Below, one piece after another: positions 1 through 13,340 of a DNA stretch of 64,000 nt. Under the pieces are notes generated by a model. The model searched no databases. It was given only the letters and a program-made list of their open reading frames with translations, and had not been told where the DNA came from. Positions within the stretch are counted from its first letter, which is position 1. The number at the start of each line of letters is the position of its first letter. The position numbers and the translations under genes are program-made. Source of the DNA: Haplodiscus bocki (lineage: Eukaryota); the NCBI GenBank assembly GCA_965655095.1, contig OZ296653.1, positions 3,348,001 through 3,412,000 on the forward strand. Reading direction: 5' to 3'.

Positions 1-59
1 TTTCAACAATTAAATATATAGCTTTTCGATTATTTTTTGTTTTGTTCCTAATAAATCAG

Positions 60-350
60 TCATTTAATTTTAAAGGCTTTGTCAGTCAATTCTTTATCAG
101 TAAAAGTCTTGTTCCCACGGATGCATTTCCCACCTTTTACACGGGATGAAGTCACAAAGTCTTTGGACATTCGTCTTGTCTCTGTTATAAGGCCTATAGA
201 AAAGATAAACATGAATATGCTTATATCTTTTCCGTATCTTTTAATTGTTGAATCTGAAAACCCCATTTCCTTTGCTATTTGTTTTTGGATTGATTGTTTT
301 TTCATTAATGTATCTTGACCTGGGTGCGTTTTGAAGATGTATGATCTCAA
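60..350 (-). pseudogene. Small helix-turn-helix protein relic, probably from an AT-rich Polinton-like element
   Basis: QKQIAKEMGFSDSTIKRY is a classic HTH pattern; the AT-rich composition resembles element 4. Confidence 0.4.
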
Positions 351-380
351 ACAAAAATAATTTTATTCCGACATTCTTTT

Positions 381-598
381 AATTGCATATGTATATGTTT
401 TTGGGGTAGATAGATATGTATTCAAATTTTTTGAGGGGGTATAGGTTTTTTGGAAAGTGAAGATAAATTTGTTTTTACATTCATTGTATATTCAATTGTG
501 TATATTCAATTGCATGTGTATATGTATTTGGGGTGGATGGATATGTAATCAATTTCTTGGGCGGTATTTATTTTTTGGAAAGTACAGATAATTTTATT
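381..598. repeat. Two diverged direct copies of a ~90-bp unit (~127 bp apart)
   Basis: aattgcatatgtatatgttttggggtagatagatatgta...tttggaaagt (381) vs aattgcatgtgtatatgtatttggggtggatggatatgta...tttggaaagt (508). Confidence 0.7.
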
Positions 599-3039
599 CT
601 CGGCTGTGATCATACATTTCCGTAACGCCTCCTTGGTGAAAATACTTTTGTGAAAAGACAATCATTTTTTGATTCTGGGATTCTACCTAAAATTTTTTAC
701 TTTTGCTTGCTATGTTTCACTGTCATATCAAGTCTAAATATGCGCACTACGTTCGTTCTATATCAGCTTTCTAGCTAGAGTGCCCAAGCAGTACTATACA
801 GGAGCACACGTGCAGCTCAATATAACAATTTCTTGAAATTGTTCCTGATTTTGCTTTTCGGTGGTTCGAATTCAACGTTAATTGGAATTTTTTCTTGTGG
901 GAGTTCTCGCTCTTTTCCTCTCCGAAGTTACTTCTCAGCAGCAAGTACAATAAAAACGCCCTTGGCAGAACCTAGTCAACATTTATCCACGATTTGTTAC
1001 GTAATTACCTGTGAAATTGTGATGTTCAGTCGGCAAAACTAGCTGGTTTGTTACTTTAGCACAGTTTTTGCTCTTACATTCCGAATCAACAGCACATGTA
1101 TCTAAGTTGAAAATAGAAATTGTCAGGTTTAGTCATTTTTTTCCGAATCTGGTTCTTTTCTTGAGAAGTGATACTCTTGGTGCTCCAGAATTAGCCTAAA
1201 ATGGCTGGGTTTGCTATTTTTGACAGTTTTTGCTCGTTTGCTCTTAAAGTTTTTCAGGTCTCATTATTGTAAAACAATTTTCTTTCTGAGTACAGAGCAA
1301 CCATCCCTCACCCCAAGGCAGTACGTTATGAATGATAGTTGCATAATTTTGGAGTTTTGAGATCTTTGTAGCTTCTGAGGAAAAGACGAAAATGATATTT
1401 GGACAGTCTGCCAAATTTCAAAATTTCACTGATTTTCGAAAATTTTGCATTTTTTTCACAGGCTTTCATTTATTCATAGATCATGTTGCTATTCCAAGTT
1501 TTCTGAAAAGTCGAGGGTTTCACTTTGCCAGCTTTGAGAAGCTTCGTTTTGCCCTTGTGTATCAATTTTGCAAATAGTTGTTCTCACAAGATTCTGCCAC
1601 TTTTCCATTCGAGGACAACTTGCGTTTGGTCGTAGATTTGAATGTTCCTAGGTGTCGTTCGTGCGCTCTGACTTTCTTCCAAACATCTATTCATGCGCTC
1701 TGGCACAGTGCAAAATTTTGTTCATTTAACATCTTTTCCAACATTCGAGATTGTTTTGAATACGAAGTGAGGTGACTGCTGTCGGCATTCATACTTGTTA
1801 CTTTTGTAAAGGGTTGTTAAAATTAACTGGGATATTATAATTTTTGTAGTTTTCGTAGTACCGTGGCTCCTTCAAGAATCAGGTGATCTTGTTCGTTTTT
1901 CGCACTAGTATTCCGTTGGCGCAAGTCTCTTAACGCCGGATAGAGTTTTACAATCCGGAAAGATTCCTGCTCAAATGAAGGATTGGTTAGTACTGAAGTT
2001 TTCTGCCGTAGGTACTTAAACCGTAAGGGGTCTACATGTAATCATGCTTCGGAGTAATCTTCCAACGGGGGATAATCCCCCAAGGTACTGTGTACACCAA
2101 AATTTCTTGAAACACTGGAATTCGATCCTACGCGCTCATACCTTCTTGTTTTGGCACTGCTGGAATAGCCTCTGGACCACAGTACCGTATTTTTCTCATT
2201 GTAGCTTTTACGTAATTTAACTTCAGGAAAGTTGAGCCTGAAAAAATTAAATTGACGCATGCAAGGCTGAAACCGGTTCTGCACATGAAGAAACAGAAGG
2301 ACCTGCTATGACGTCATCAGAAGCTATCCAAGAGAGTTAAGTATGAAAAATCATCCTTTGACTAGATGGATGAAAACCAGCTGACTAGATACTGTGTTTC
2401 ATTGATAGCACTTTTCACACTTTTTTCAATAGTTATAGTCTCTCATATCAGTTTCAGTGATGCCAATACTGAGGATGTTGACAAAATGAATGCGTTATCG
2501 ATTATGAGGGCTTTTGTTTGAATACAGGAACATGTTTTCACTCGGTCGATACTGAAGGCCCGGCATGCATATGCCCAGAAATGTATTGCGGTCTGAGATG
2601 TGGGAAATTTTTGTGGTAGACTTGACATTCGGTTCATCAAACTGTCAACCATCAGTCGGCTTGCAATGCATGGAAGTAAAATACTTCTTAAATGTTCTAT
2701 CGGCGATTTACGAAACTGGGAAATGAAAGCATTATGGTGTGAAAAATATAGACAAAAGATCGGGGTTTATTTTCCGGAAACTATGTTCTTGGACTTTGTA
2801 GACAAATACAAAAGGCGGACCTATTTGAATTTTTGAAACATAAAATCAAACTTTCTCGTCTTACGTGTCTTTATAAAATTTCCGAGCTTTTACCGATTGG
2901 TTGAAATTTTCCCAAGAAACCACGCGACAAATGGCCCATCACCATGGAGTGTTAGCCAATGGAGTCGAATGCACTCATGATCTTCAGTATAAAACACTGA
3001 ATCGACTAGAGGCCTTTTATTTAGTTGTTAGATATGGAA

Positions 3040-3670
3040 GTCATTTGTACGATGAATACTGGCTGCTGGAATGTTAGGTTCTGAATTATCAATAACCAGC
3101 ATTGGGAACTGTAATACTTCTACGTGAACGATGCAACTCAACAAACACAACCCTGACAATGCTAAAATTGGAACAACTTCAACACAAGCAAGAATCAGTT
3201 TGCCTCAGTTATAACAACGAAACTTTGCGAAAACTCGTGATACAACTACAACTGGCTATAGGTATGATATCCATGAAATTTTTCGTAATTTTGTTCAAAC
3301 CGCTTCGTGAGATCGCAACAAGACTTGCAATTACGTTTTTGAAAGCGATCTACTCTCATTGGAGGATAATAATGAACCACTCGCAGACGAAAATCATCTG
3401 CGCTTTATGATTAGTCTTCGAACAAAATTTCATTTTTTCGTGGATTTTGAAATATATCGGATTCAAGTACCGCAAGAAGGTTATCGTGAGAATGCTTGGT
3501 TTTTTCACAAAAGTAAAGTCTGCCGACTAAGTTGTCTCTTGGGAACAACTTCTATTCTGGATAATTGCGAGGAAATTGTCAGTGTCACTCCCAAAACTTT
3601 TACCTTTTGATGCATTCGCTGAAATTTCAACTTTCTCACCGAAACTATTTCAAAGATCTAAAATCTTGAA
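3040..3670 (+). pseudogene. Polinton ORFan shared with element 3 (33245-33800)
   Basis: WFFHKSKVCRLSCLLGTTSIL resembles LFYKHSKVYRLLVIVSDAQTLL; same position upstream of the DEDD-like gene. Confidence 0.4.
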
Positions 3671-3689
3671 TATCGAATTTGTTATAATT

Positions 3690-4330
3690 GACTTTCAGAG
3701 GTTGAGACAAAAAAATCCCTCGTAATCAATGAAATTTCGATTGGCGGACCGAATTTCCAATATACGGTACTTCTCGACCTCGCTTCGATGCACAACTTAT
3801 CTCTAAAGACGCGAGAAAAACTGATCTGACGGTCACGAGGTACTTGCATGGACTGGACTGGAATGTTGGAATTGAAGATTAATCGTTCCCCTTTACATTT
3901 TTGACAAGTGCTCTTTGTGAAGTGACCGAAAAAGTGTGACAAGTTGCGAAAATACTTCTTCCACGTAGTCGATTTAGAGACAGTTGGCTGCTCCGAGAAA
4001 CTTCTCTCATTATATCAACACGACTTGCTTTGACCATAATCACCCTGAACGTTACTTTGACCACTTCGAGGAAAAAGGCATTTTAATATTACAATTGTTC
4101 AACACACCACATACAGCGAAATGTCTACAAGACAAAGAAAACTTCACAACCTCCACCTTTCCCTGTCCCCGAACCTGTCTCGTTACCTGTCGACAGCAAA
4201 TCAACTAATGGCGGTGGGACGGACCTGTGACGCCCATACAAGTATTTGTCTTAAGAAGGAGGTTGTGAAATTCGCTGTACATAACGTTTTTCAGAAAGTT
4301 ATCATCCAGTTGACACCTGAGGTTTTAAAT
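3690..4330 (+). pseudogene. DEDD/DnaQ-like exonuclease-family Polinton accessory gene
   Basis: VINEISIGG...TRYLHGLDWNVG (HGxxWxxG motif) and C-terminal CDAH...CLKKEV; frameshifted. Confidence 0.55.
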
Positions 4331-4761
4331 TGCCGTCGAAAAAGTATTATTTCAGTAACCTCTCCTGAACTATACTTCACATTACATGAAAATCATGTCC
4401 AACATCCGGATTCGAGGCCTGAACAAGAAAACCATCCCCCTCAGACTCCCGAGCCCCTTTGCTAATCAGATCCAACTCACCGGAATTGATGAACCACGAT
4501 GTTACTCAAGCAGATTGCAAAAGATCTAACTGTTCGACAAGGTGTTTTGGAAATTACTCGTTTCCCACCCTCGTTTTCGAAATGGAGAGGAGATGAATAT
4601 GGGATAAAAATCAATGATAGTAATGAATATACAACTTACATCTTGCTCAATGTTAATAGGAATTTATGTAACATTTTGTGAAATTGTACTGTTAATGTTG
4701 TTTATGCTCATCTTGTAACTTTTCTGAATTGAACTTTTTCCTCAAATGTTTTTTCATTCAA

Positions 4762-5032
4762 ATGGAAGAGCGTTCATTTGACCCAATGGACGGTTTTACC
4801 GGTTGAAAGCCTTGTCTTTGACAGTGGTCAGAGTGAAAGATCTTGCTGGAAGTTTTGCAAGTGCATAACATTGCGACGATCGGGAGTCTTATTGTTTACA
4901 CGAGCTACTCTAATTTTTTTTTCATTCAGGACTTTGCTAAACATGGTATTTAATCGACCTTCTTGCGAAAAAAGTTTGCTTTTGGCATTTGATCGGAGCA
5001 CATGGCTGATTTTGCCTAAATCTGAACAGTAA
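4762..5032 (+). pseudogene. Small conserved Polinton membrane protein
   Basis: CWKFCKC...hydrophobic stretch...LILPK, directly before the ATPase as in element 2 (16389-16829). Confidence 0.55.
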
Positions 5033-5034
5033 AC

Positions 5035-5625
5035 CACGACCGCCTCTTGATGCCCCTGGTTCGACCAGGTGGTTCCGTGAGAATGCCCTCAGTTTTTTTC
5101 TAAGCTTGCATCGTCGAGAACCATCAGCTCACTTGCTGAAAAAAACGTAAGGAATATCAGCCGCTGTTTCAGCAAATGACTGAAAAATTGATTATTCACT
5201 TCGTTGCGCGCTTAGATTTTGAAATGATTAGAAATTTCAGAAGTATTTAGTGCTAATGGGTGACTGATGCAAAGAAATTTATCGACAGAAAGAGCTTTTG
5301 CAGGTTCTAGTTGCCGGAAGAGGTGAAAAAATTCATGGTATCCTTGTCAAGCAATTTTCATCAAAGCAAGTGGTCGCGCACAATCGACCTGATCAGTACT
5401 CAAATTTTCCCTGTTTAATCACCTGAAGATTTTCAGCCAATTGATGTGTTTGGAAAACAACTAAATAGAACAGGTTTTTTTCGAGACTCACCAATGGCAA
5501 TATCCGAACCGTACTGTCGCCTTTCGATTGACTTTTATCCCAGAACAAGCGATTTACTTCGTTTTGTTCTATTACAGTTGGTCTAGCGCCTACATTTTTC
5601 TGTTTACCGTCTTTGTTAATCATTG
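5035..5625 (+). pseudogene. A32-like packaging ATPase (degraded)
   Basis: Decayed Walker A region near 5045-5080, then LVAGRGEKIHGILVKQ..FHQSKWSRTIDL and RFCSITVGLAPTFF in shifted frames. Confidence 0.7.
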
Positions 5626-5629
5626 ACAA

Positions 5630-6529
5630 ATGAAGGGGAAATATTTGCATACATAAGCGTTGGCAAGAAGCGGAGCTACTATCAAAATTTTTTGGGTGAG
5701 TGTGAAGATAGCCCATTTAAATTCCTTTGCGAGCGTGGTCTGAATTTGAAAATGGAAACACTCCTTTGGACGTGAAATATTGGTACCAATTGAGGAAGAA
5801 AAAAATTCTGTGCCGTGCTTCGATTCCCACGAGAGACAAAGTATTATCATCAGTTAAATGATCAAAACTGTTGGAGATAATCAGTCGCCCCTGCTACTGC
5901 TGTCTGAAAGAAGCAGCGCACAAGAATTTTCCGATTCCAAAGGAAAACTGTGTGATACAGTAGGTGAAAGCTCTAGAAATTTTGCGTGACCCGACTGCTC
6001 AGGAAAAACCAAAACTTCTCACAGTTTCGCAATGTCTACCTCGACATAAAATAACACCAACGAAAAATAATTCAAGGCAGAAAAAATCCCGAAGATCTGC
6101 AGAAACTTGTCTCGAAATCACTCGTCTATTCTCAATCTTAATCAAAAAGAAAAAACGATACCAATTCTCCGCGAAATTGAGGAAGCTGAAGATATATCAA
6201 TCAATGAAAACGGGATGCTTGAAGTTGGTAACAGACTTACATTAATCAACGCGACGTCCCTAGTTTACGACTTACAGTCAAACAAAAAGCAACTACCAGA
6301 TCCAAACTACAAGCAAATACTCGATAAATTGAGCTTGACTCCACATTTCGTTGCAAACTCTGCAGCGAAACGGATGACTAAACCCACCACAAAGACGAAA
6401 GTAGTTACAGGTAAACCGAAAACTTCAAAACGAACTTTCAAAAGACCTAGAATTCCAAATGAGTGGCAGTTTGTCGAAGATACTACAGAGGAAGAAGGAG
6501 AAAAGGGCTGGGATTATCTCGACAGCTGA
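5630..6529 (+). pseudogene. Two conserved Polinton genes of unknown function between ATPase and integrase
   Basis: ISINENGMLEV...LVYDLQSNKKQL...ILDKLSL..VANSAAK is homologous to 18200-18512 and 36950-37253. Confidence 0.6.
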
Positions 6530-7300
6530 AGGACAACTTGGAAAACTTCAAAGTAACGGAGAATTTGCATTTGGGAGTGTTTCATTTCTGCAGAAGGCTT
6601 CAAAACTGTCACGCAAAACAACAGAGACATTTTCTCAAAAATATCTACAAAATATCTCAAACCGAGACGGAAGATCCCATGTTCGAAGGGTATCGCATAC
6701 ATCGATGAAATTTGTTCAATTGATTTACCGTATGTCGACAAGCTGGCTGAAATTAACAATGGAATCAGCCATTTGCAAGTCCCAGTTGTTCTAACTCGTT
6801 AAGCAAAAGTTTTTTAAGTGCGAACAAAATCATCTCAAGAGATCGCACAAACTGTCGAAACATTAATTGAGAAGGAACACGGAAAAGTTAGGTCGGATAA
6901 AGGAACAGATTTTAAAGGTACCTATCGAAAATTCTGCGATGAAGAAGAATATGCCTTTACATATCACTACATCAACAAGTTGCAGTCTTCCGTCGGTATA
7001 GTCAATACCCGCGTCGACCGTGTAACAATTGTAGCCACAAACAAAGTTGCAAGAAAACACGTGCCTCATTTGGGATCATCGGCAGCGGAAATTTACAAAA
7101 GGCCACGCTTTCAAGTCGTTGATAGAGTGAGTATCCCAAAAAAGATGTAACCATTGTAGAAAAATTACAAGCAAAACCTCACAAACGAATATTTCGCAAT
7201 CGAGAGGACTCCAACTTTCAACCCGCCAACATATAATTTGGCAAATAAAACCGCTGAAAAAATTTAATGAAAGTTTTGCGAACGTGAACTGATTAAGACA
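6505..7300 (+). pseudogene. Polinton retroviral-type (RVE) integrase
   Basis: IDEICSIDLPYVDKLA..NNG, KVRSDKGTDFKG, KRPRFQVVDRVSI, YKQNLTNEYF, FCEREL; no PHD finger or chromodomain seen. Confidence 0.85.
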
Positions 7301-7301
7301 A

Positions 7302-8110
7302 ATGGACGAGTCTGACAATTAATTGGAATCAACAGGTTGAACGAATTTTCATCCCAACAACACAATGGCGGTTTTTTTCGCAAGTTGCTAGCACATCCAA
7401 TTCAACTAGCAGTTGGCTGGTGTGTGGCCTTGGCTGAAATCATTTTCCCAACCATCATTAGAAGCCTTACCTCAAACCATTAGTTTTTCACACTCCAAAT
7501 GTGCCATTCGTAAATTTTTCGAAGCAGATTCCGGTGGAGTTTAGGTATCTCGCGAGTTGGTACGACAATGAAGTTTTTTGTTCTGCTGAATTCAAAAACG
7601 TGAAGGATGTGTTGCAAGGGGGAACGTTTTAATAAACTTTTCGTCTCATGTATACTCACTTACAAAGGGCAAGTTCCTGTGGTAATTTTAGAGTCAGCTA
7701 CTATGACCGCAGTATTTTGATGTTTTGGGTTTTAAGGGTGTGCCTGGAAGCATCGAAACGAAGCGTGTTTTTGCGTAGTCAGAGATATTACAATAAACAC
7801 AACCAATCAGAAATGATTATCCTCCAGAACTAATGATGGGGACAAGCTTGTTTTTTGCCAACACCAACATCATTGGACAACAACATGTTGCATGTGTGAA
7901 GTCGCCATATTTGAGAATCATTGATACCCACAGAAGATTGTCAGACGGTAACCTAGAAATCAGCTCGGAAACAGTTCGTGAAACGTTCTCGGAACATCTC
8001 AAAAAGTTAAGTACTAGCACCATCGAAGAGATTCAAATTGAACTTGTTTTAGTTACTCAATAAAAACCTTCTTTTTTCTGATAGCCTTAATAGTAAGTTT
8101 CCGGAAGTTT
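7302..8110 (+). pseudogene. Minor capsid (penton) protein
   Basis: RKLLAHPIQLAVGWCVALAEIIFP at the N-terminus; LFFANTNIIGQQHVACVKSPYLRIID at the C-terminus. Confidence 0.75.
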
Positions 8111-8116
8111 TAACAA

Positions 8117-8460
8117 TGGATGTATTTTATTCTAGGCGAGCTCTTTTGCCTTATTTTTCGGCTATTCACGATATCGTAGAAGTAGATTCCCATCTTTGGC
8201 AGCAGTTTTTAGCCGAGTGGTTTCACTATTTGGAAAAAAGTTCTTGCTGCCACCAGTCAAGTCAGTTGGGAAAAAATTGGTTCAACTAGAGCATATCTGA
8301 ACTTGTAGTAGTGAAAAAACGAGAAGCACGAAAGCCGGCTGCCAAATCATCAATTCAGAAGACAATAAAGAAATAGGTCGGTGGAGGAACAAAGAAAAGA
8401 ATCATTAGACGCAAAAACAGCGAGAAATTGGTCAGATCTCTCTGCATTAGTGAAAAATGT
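8117..8460 (+). pseudogene. Small basic virion core-like protein
   Basis: MDVFYSRRALLPYFS..., GKKFLLPPVKSVGK, basic tail; homologous to 38997-39380. Confidence 0.6.
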
Positions 8461-9747
8461 TGCCTAACGTGCTACCAGTCGTAGCATCACTCAGCTCTTT
8501 AAATATTTTTGAGTGGCCCCTATAATTGGTAACTTTTGATTCATCTTTCGAACAAAAATTTGGTCCCGTTTTTGCTCCTGATGGCCCAACATTGAAGCTT
8601 GAGATTACGGGAAGCAGAACATATTTTGGATATGCGAAACATTTACCCCGAGGTGAAACGCAAGACTGAAAAATCTGATAGAAAAAACTTGGATTAAAAT
8701 GCAACACACGCCGCAGTGAGAGACACCTTTGTTTGTAAATAATGCATTACATTCTTCATTTTCTAACTGTATCGGTACTGCAGTATGTATCAAAATCAGG
8801 AGACTATGCTCAAAAAGTTTTATAGTGACTGAGTATTTAATCAACAGAGGTTAAGGACACGTGGTTGGAATTTCATGGTTACATTTATGAAGAAGATCAG
8901 GGTATGTTCACATCGCAAACGTTCGCTGATAGAGAAGCAGAAACAAAACAATCTGGCACGTTGTTGATTGCAGTAAGGTTGCTGCAGACATATTTATTTG
9001 TGAGAAACATCTCATCAATGGAGTAACGGGTAGGGTATCCTTTTGAGAACAAGACTGGAGTTTTGTTTGATTTACGATGATGCCAGCAAAGGACTACAAA
9101 GTGAAAAAACCCAAGCAAACATGCATGTTCGCAAAATGAAAGTGACAGAAGTTGTTCACACGACTATTGAAACCACCTTGATGAAAATAACATCCATCTA
9201 TCGGTACACTGGAATAATAGCGGAAATATTCTTTTTGTCAACGGGACTAGCAGCTGGTATCATGAAGTTAATTTCAATCGCGAACCCATATGAAGATTTG
9301 TCATTGATATGAACACCAATCAGGTATTCCTCGGAATCAAACACCCAAACCCTTTAATTTTCGGAAATTCAACATAGGCTGAGTCACTGTTTACCGCAAT
9401 GGCGCCCGATTGCCGGCACGCCTTTAGCCACTGATAATCATGAGGAAATTTATTTGAAATCCCTAGTGGTATAATCCTGCACTGATCACGGCCATGGTAT
9501 GCTGTTCGCAAATTTCGCCAATCAATATTTTATGGTCTTCGACCGTATCAGCACACAGCAAGCATCATACGATTATGTATATCCAGAGCTCACGACTGCT
9601 TCAATATCAGTACGGTTCTCAATTCTGTTGGCGGAGAACGCTGAGCTCTTCTTTTCAGGCGAAAAGTTTTCAACATTTTATATCGAATCTTCCTGGAGAG
9701 TTTCGAAAGACATTATCCTGAGTACAAAAATTGTTGCCAGAAATTGA
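8457..9747 (+). pseudogene. Major capsid protein (double jelly roll)
   Basis: ASLSSLNIFE, PLFVNNALHSSF, MHVRKMKV, FMVFDRISTQQASYDYVYPELT, FFSGEKFSTFYI. Confidence 0.8.
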
Positions 9748-10170
9748 TTGACGAACTTCTATTGTCAATGTTTGTCGGCAAATGCGGGCACTTGAGTTAC
9801 AAGTTCAACGCTATTTTCAGCGGATCACTTTCCTCTGTCGGCTGGAAACGACACCTTCACGATCTTTAATTCTGACAGATCTGAACGTTAAGGAATGAAG
9901 GAAAACGTTGGCTACTTTTCTTCACAGAAACGGAGAATACTTTTATGTTGACCCTCTGAGACTACAATTTCATCGTTACAATCCTATCTGTGATGACTAT
10001 TTTTTATGCAGATTTTGGCATAGAAGAAGACATCAAAAACCTCTTCAAAAACCTACATTTTATAACTGTTGATTATAATGTATCTATATTGCTCAAAATA
10101 TCTTTAGCTCTTACTATCACCAAATACCATATATGAACGCACCAGACTTATTGCATGTCTGTCACCATGT
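9746..10170 (+). pseudogene. Adenain-like maturation protease (degraded)
   Basis: Overlaps the MCP stop; FSADHFP N-terminal motif; same position as the proteases at 22943 and 40660. Confidence 0.55.
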
Positions 10171-10436
10171 TTTTGTGAGGGTGCTATTTTTATGTGCGAC
10201 CAGAAAAGTCCATAACAACAAAAAATTGTAGAATGATTCACGTTGATAACTTTTGAGCTCAAAACAGACTTCGAAAAAATCGGAACTTTTTTTACTCAAC
10301 TATTCCTTTTTCCGTTTTTACCATTCCTTTTTTTCTCAAAATAAACGCTTTTCAAATTCATTCAAAGCAGAAACAAAAGAACCAAGATTTGCTTTCTCAA
10401 CTTCAAGAAAAGTAAAGAACAACAGTTGAGCAAAAA

Positions 10437-12110
10437 TGAGTGAAAAATAGTCCAACAAGCCCCTTTGCAATCAATGCTACAAAAAGTTTTCCCAACAGAA
10501 AAATTGAACTGACATCACCGTAGTATTCATGACTTTTTTCAATTAGCGATGGAAAAGACGTGCTTTCTTTGTCCCTTCAAATTAGTTTTCATAGCCGCAA
10601 TGCATGACATTTTCGTATTGCCCACCACAGTTTCTTCCATAAAATATGTACCAATTGTGGAATGATATTGAATAGTGCGGGAATGCTTCATGAACATCCG
10701 GAACGAGCACATTGACTACCAACAACTTTCAGTGGGAGGGAATAGCGAGAGAAGATACCAATCGCCACTGCCTTCAATGGGGGGCTGAAAATTTTCTCAA
10801 TGCAAGGAGCAGGTTAGAACCATTTGCTTGAATTCGTCGTGGACAGTAAGGCGGCGGTTGACGAACTTATAAAAGCAAACGTTTGAAATATTGCAGGGAA
10901 TTTTCAGTTTTGTTCCACCGTTGATTTGGGAAAACCATCCGCAGAAGAAAACCAGTTTTCTTACGGTTACCAATGCACATTGTGTACAACACGTGGTCCA
11001 GCCTTGGAGGAGTATCTAGAATTGGTTGAAACCATTCAATCAACGCCCCTTCTCTCACCACTTCTAGAAGTGGCTGGCTTCTCAACAATTTTTCGCAACT
11101 CGAAATTCGAATGGCTGTAATCAATCCTTCGGGAGAATCTTCCTTTATTGTCGTGCCTTGCGATCTTCAGTCTTATCAAAGTCTTTGCTGAATATTCGCA
11201 GGCATAACGTCCACACGTGCGTCTTTTACTGTTTGACAGCAGCTTGGACCTTGAAGTATGGGCCAGCTTTATTTACACGAGCTAATGAATCATGGCGAAA
11301 AGACTAGCCCTAACACATATGGTACATCGAAACCTTTGGTCCGTCAAACATTGGGCGATTGGGAAACGCCTATGGAATTCAAGCACTTGTCAGTTTGGGA
11401 ACTTAACAATTGCTAACTCCTTGTATTCCAGTGAGTATTCTTGATTTTGATTCCGCAATTAATAAGGCAAAAAATTGACCTTGTTTCCATTAGCACACGT
11501 ATATGATCCAGGTTGATAATTCAATTATAAACTAATTTCTGGTTCAAAGGTTTGACCGGAAAAACTTCGTACCAATCAGAATATCGAAGAATTACTAGAA
11601 AAACCTAGTAGTTAATTTGTTAATATTGACCGATTACACAAGCTATGCTTACGTCTTGATTATCAATCTGGAAAATATTGTCAAGTGTCTCAGTTCGACG
11701 TTACTGATCAAGAGATTCCATTCGTCGAAATTGTTTCTTCCTCAGTTCCTCGGAAGAAACTTTGGACCATCATCTTGGAAGTTCTCTGAACAATAAACCG
11801 CCATTTATTTAAATGCCAATCGAGAACAAAAACAGTGCTTTTGGAAAACTACAAAGCTAGGTGGTTTGCTGCTATCGTATTATGTCACCAAGACCAGAGA
11901 TGTACTCTTTTCTGTGTGGCACTAAACAGAAACTTTCAGCCAGAGGCGTCACGCTGTTTGCACACGAAAACTAAAACACGACCTTTACCGAGATGTCCTG
12001 TGAACCGGAGAATCATTCAAAACCGTCAATGCCCGAATCGGATCAAAGCGATATCAACTCCAGACGACAACAACAAATGTCACTCAGTTGTTTTGACTAC
12101 AAAATATTTG
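10437..12110 (+). pseudogene. C2H2 zinc fingers plus N-terminal part of protein-primed DNA polymerase B
   Basis: CNQC..H...H, CFLC, CTNC fingers; FVPIRISKN, CRNCF-like segment, FENYKARWFA; one intron at 11431-11549; catalytic domain missing. Confidence 0.7.
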
Positions 12111-12269
12111 TGAAAGAAGAGTGGATTACATGCCTGCCATTGGGACATTGTTCCCTAAAAGATAGCGGTGTGTTCGAGGCGAATTTGCCAGACAACGAGT
12201 CGGAACTGAGGAAGAATTAACACCACCCAGCCCTACATGGTCTGAGCTTCATATTCAGAAGTGGGGCGT

Positions 12270-13340
12270 CGAAATTTGCTAGCCTAAACTACGTTTATTC
12301 CATCAATCTTTCAATATATTGACGCCTATCGTAAGTTGAAACAATCTAAGAGTCGGATTACGTAAGCCTTTACTTATTTTATTCAGTCGATCTTTCAAAA
12401 TATAGATGCTTATATAAGCCGAAACAGTCTAAGGGTCGAAATATGCTAGTCTAAACCTAGTATATTTCATCAATTTTTCAATATATTGAAGCCATTCGTC
12501 TGCTGAAACAGTCTAAGAGTCCTAATGCGCCAGCCTATGCTATGTGTGTTCCATCAATCTTCTAATGAATAGATGCCTCCGGTATGTGACGACATACTAT
12601 AAGTCTTTACTAGGAATATTCCATCATTTTTCCACCATTCAAATCCACATGGGACCCCAAAACAGTCCATTAGTCGAAATACGTGAGCCTATGCTGAGTG
12701 TGTTCAATCAATCTTCCGTCATATGGAATGCCTACCGTATGCCAAAACAGTCAAGTAGTCGATTTACGTACGCAAATGCTAAGAATTTTTAATCTATCGT
12801 TCGAAATTTTGGTGTCTATTAGAAGCCAAAACGATCAAAGAGTCCAAATACGTAAGACAATCCGAAGTATATTGGATCAATCTTTCATCAAGTAGATCCC
12901 TAAGGAGTGCCGTAACAAACTATGAGTCCAATTGTGCCAACCTATACTATGTATATTCTATCATTCTTTCAATATATGGATGCCTATGGGTAGTCAAAAC
13001 AGCCCAAGAGTCTAAATCCGCCAGCCTATACTAAGTACAATCCATTAATCTTTCACTCTATAGGTGGCTATGGGAAGCCAAAACAATCGAAGACTCTAAA
13101 TACCTCAACTTGTACTGGCTATATTCCATCCATATTCCGATAAAAATATGCCTACGGTATGCCAAAACAACCCGAGAGTCCCAAGTACGCAATCCTATGC
13201 TGGGTGTATTCAATCAATCTGTTTATTTATAGATGCCTACCGTATGCGGAAACAGTCTAAGAGTTCAACTGCGTAAGTTTATATTAGGTACAATTCATCA
13301 ATCGTTCACTATATAGAAAGCTATGGAAAGCCAAAACCAA
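12270..13340. repeat. Diverged ~84-bp tandem repeat (minisatellite), ~12-13 units
   Basis: Unit agcctatactaagtatattccatcaatctttcaatatatagatgcctacggtatgccaaaacagtctaagagtc.. starts near 12281, 12365, 12448, 12532 etc. Confidence 0.9.

Larger units (their letters stand above)
2990..12240 (+). mobile_element. Polinton/Maverick element 1 (heavily degraded, termini not found, pPolB truncated)
   Basis: Co-linear relics of DEDD-like, membrane protein, ATPase, integrase, minor capsid, core, major capsid, protease and ZnF-pPolB N-terminus; boundaries approximate. Confidence 0.85.

Noticed and set aside
1578-1775. FLCN 5' exon (CRSC resembling CEGC)
   Set aside because: No other FLCN N-terminal motifs (CHFCE.HGP, RQACVRSLSCE) nearby
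12270-13340. CRISPR-like array
   Set aside because: Whole units are homologous and diverged with no unique spacers, no cas genes, and a eukaryotic context
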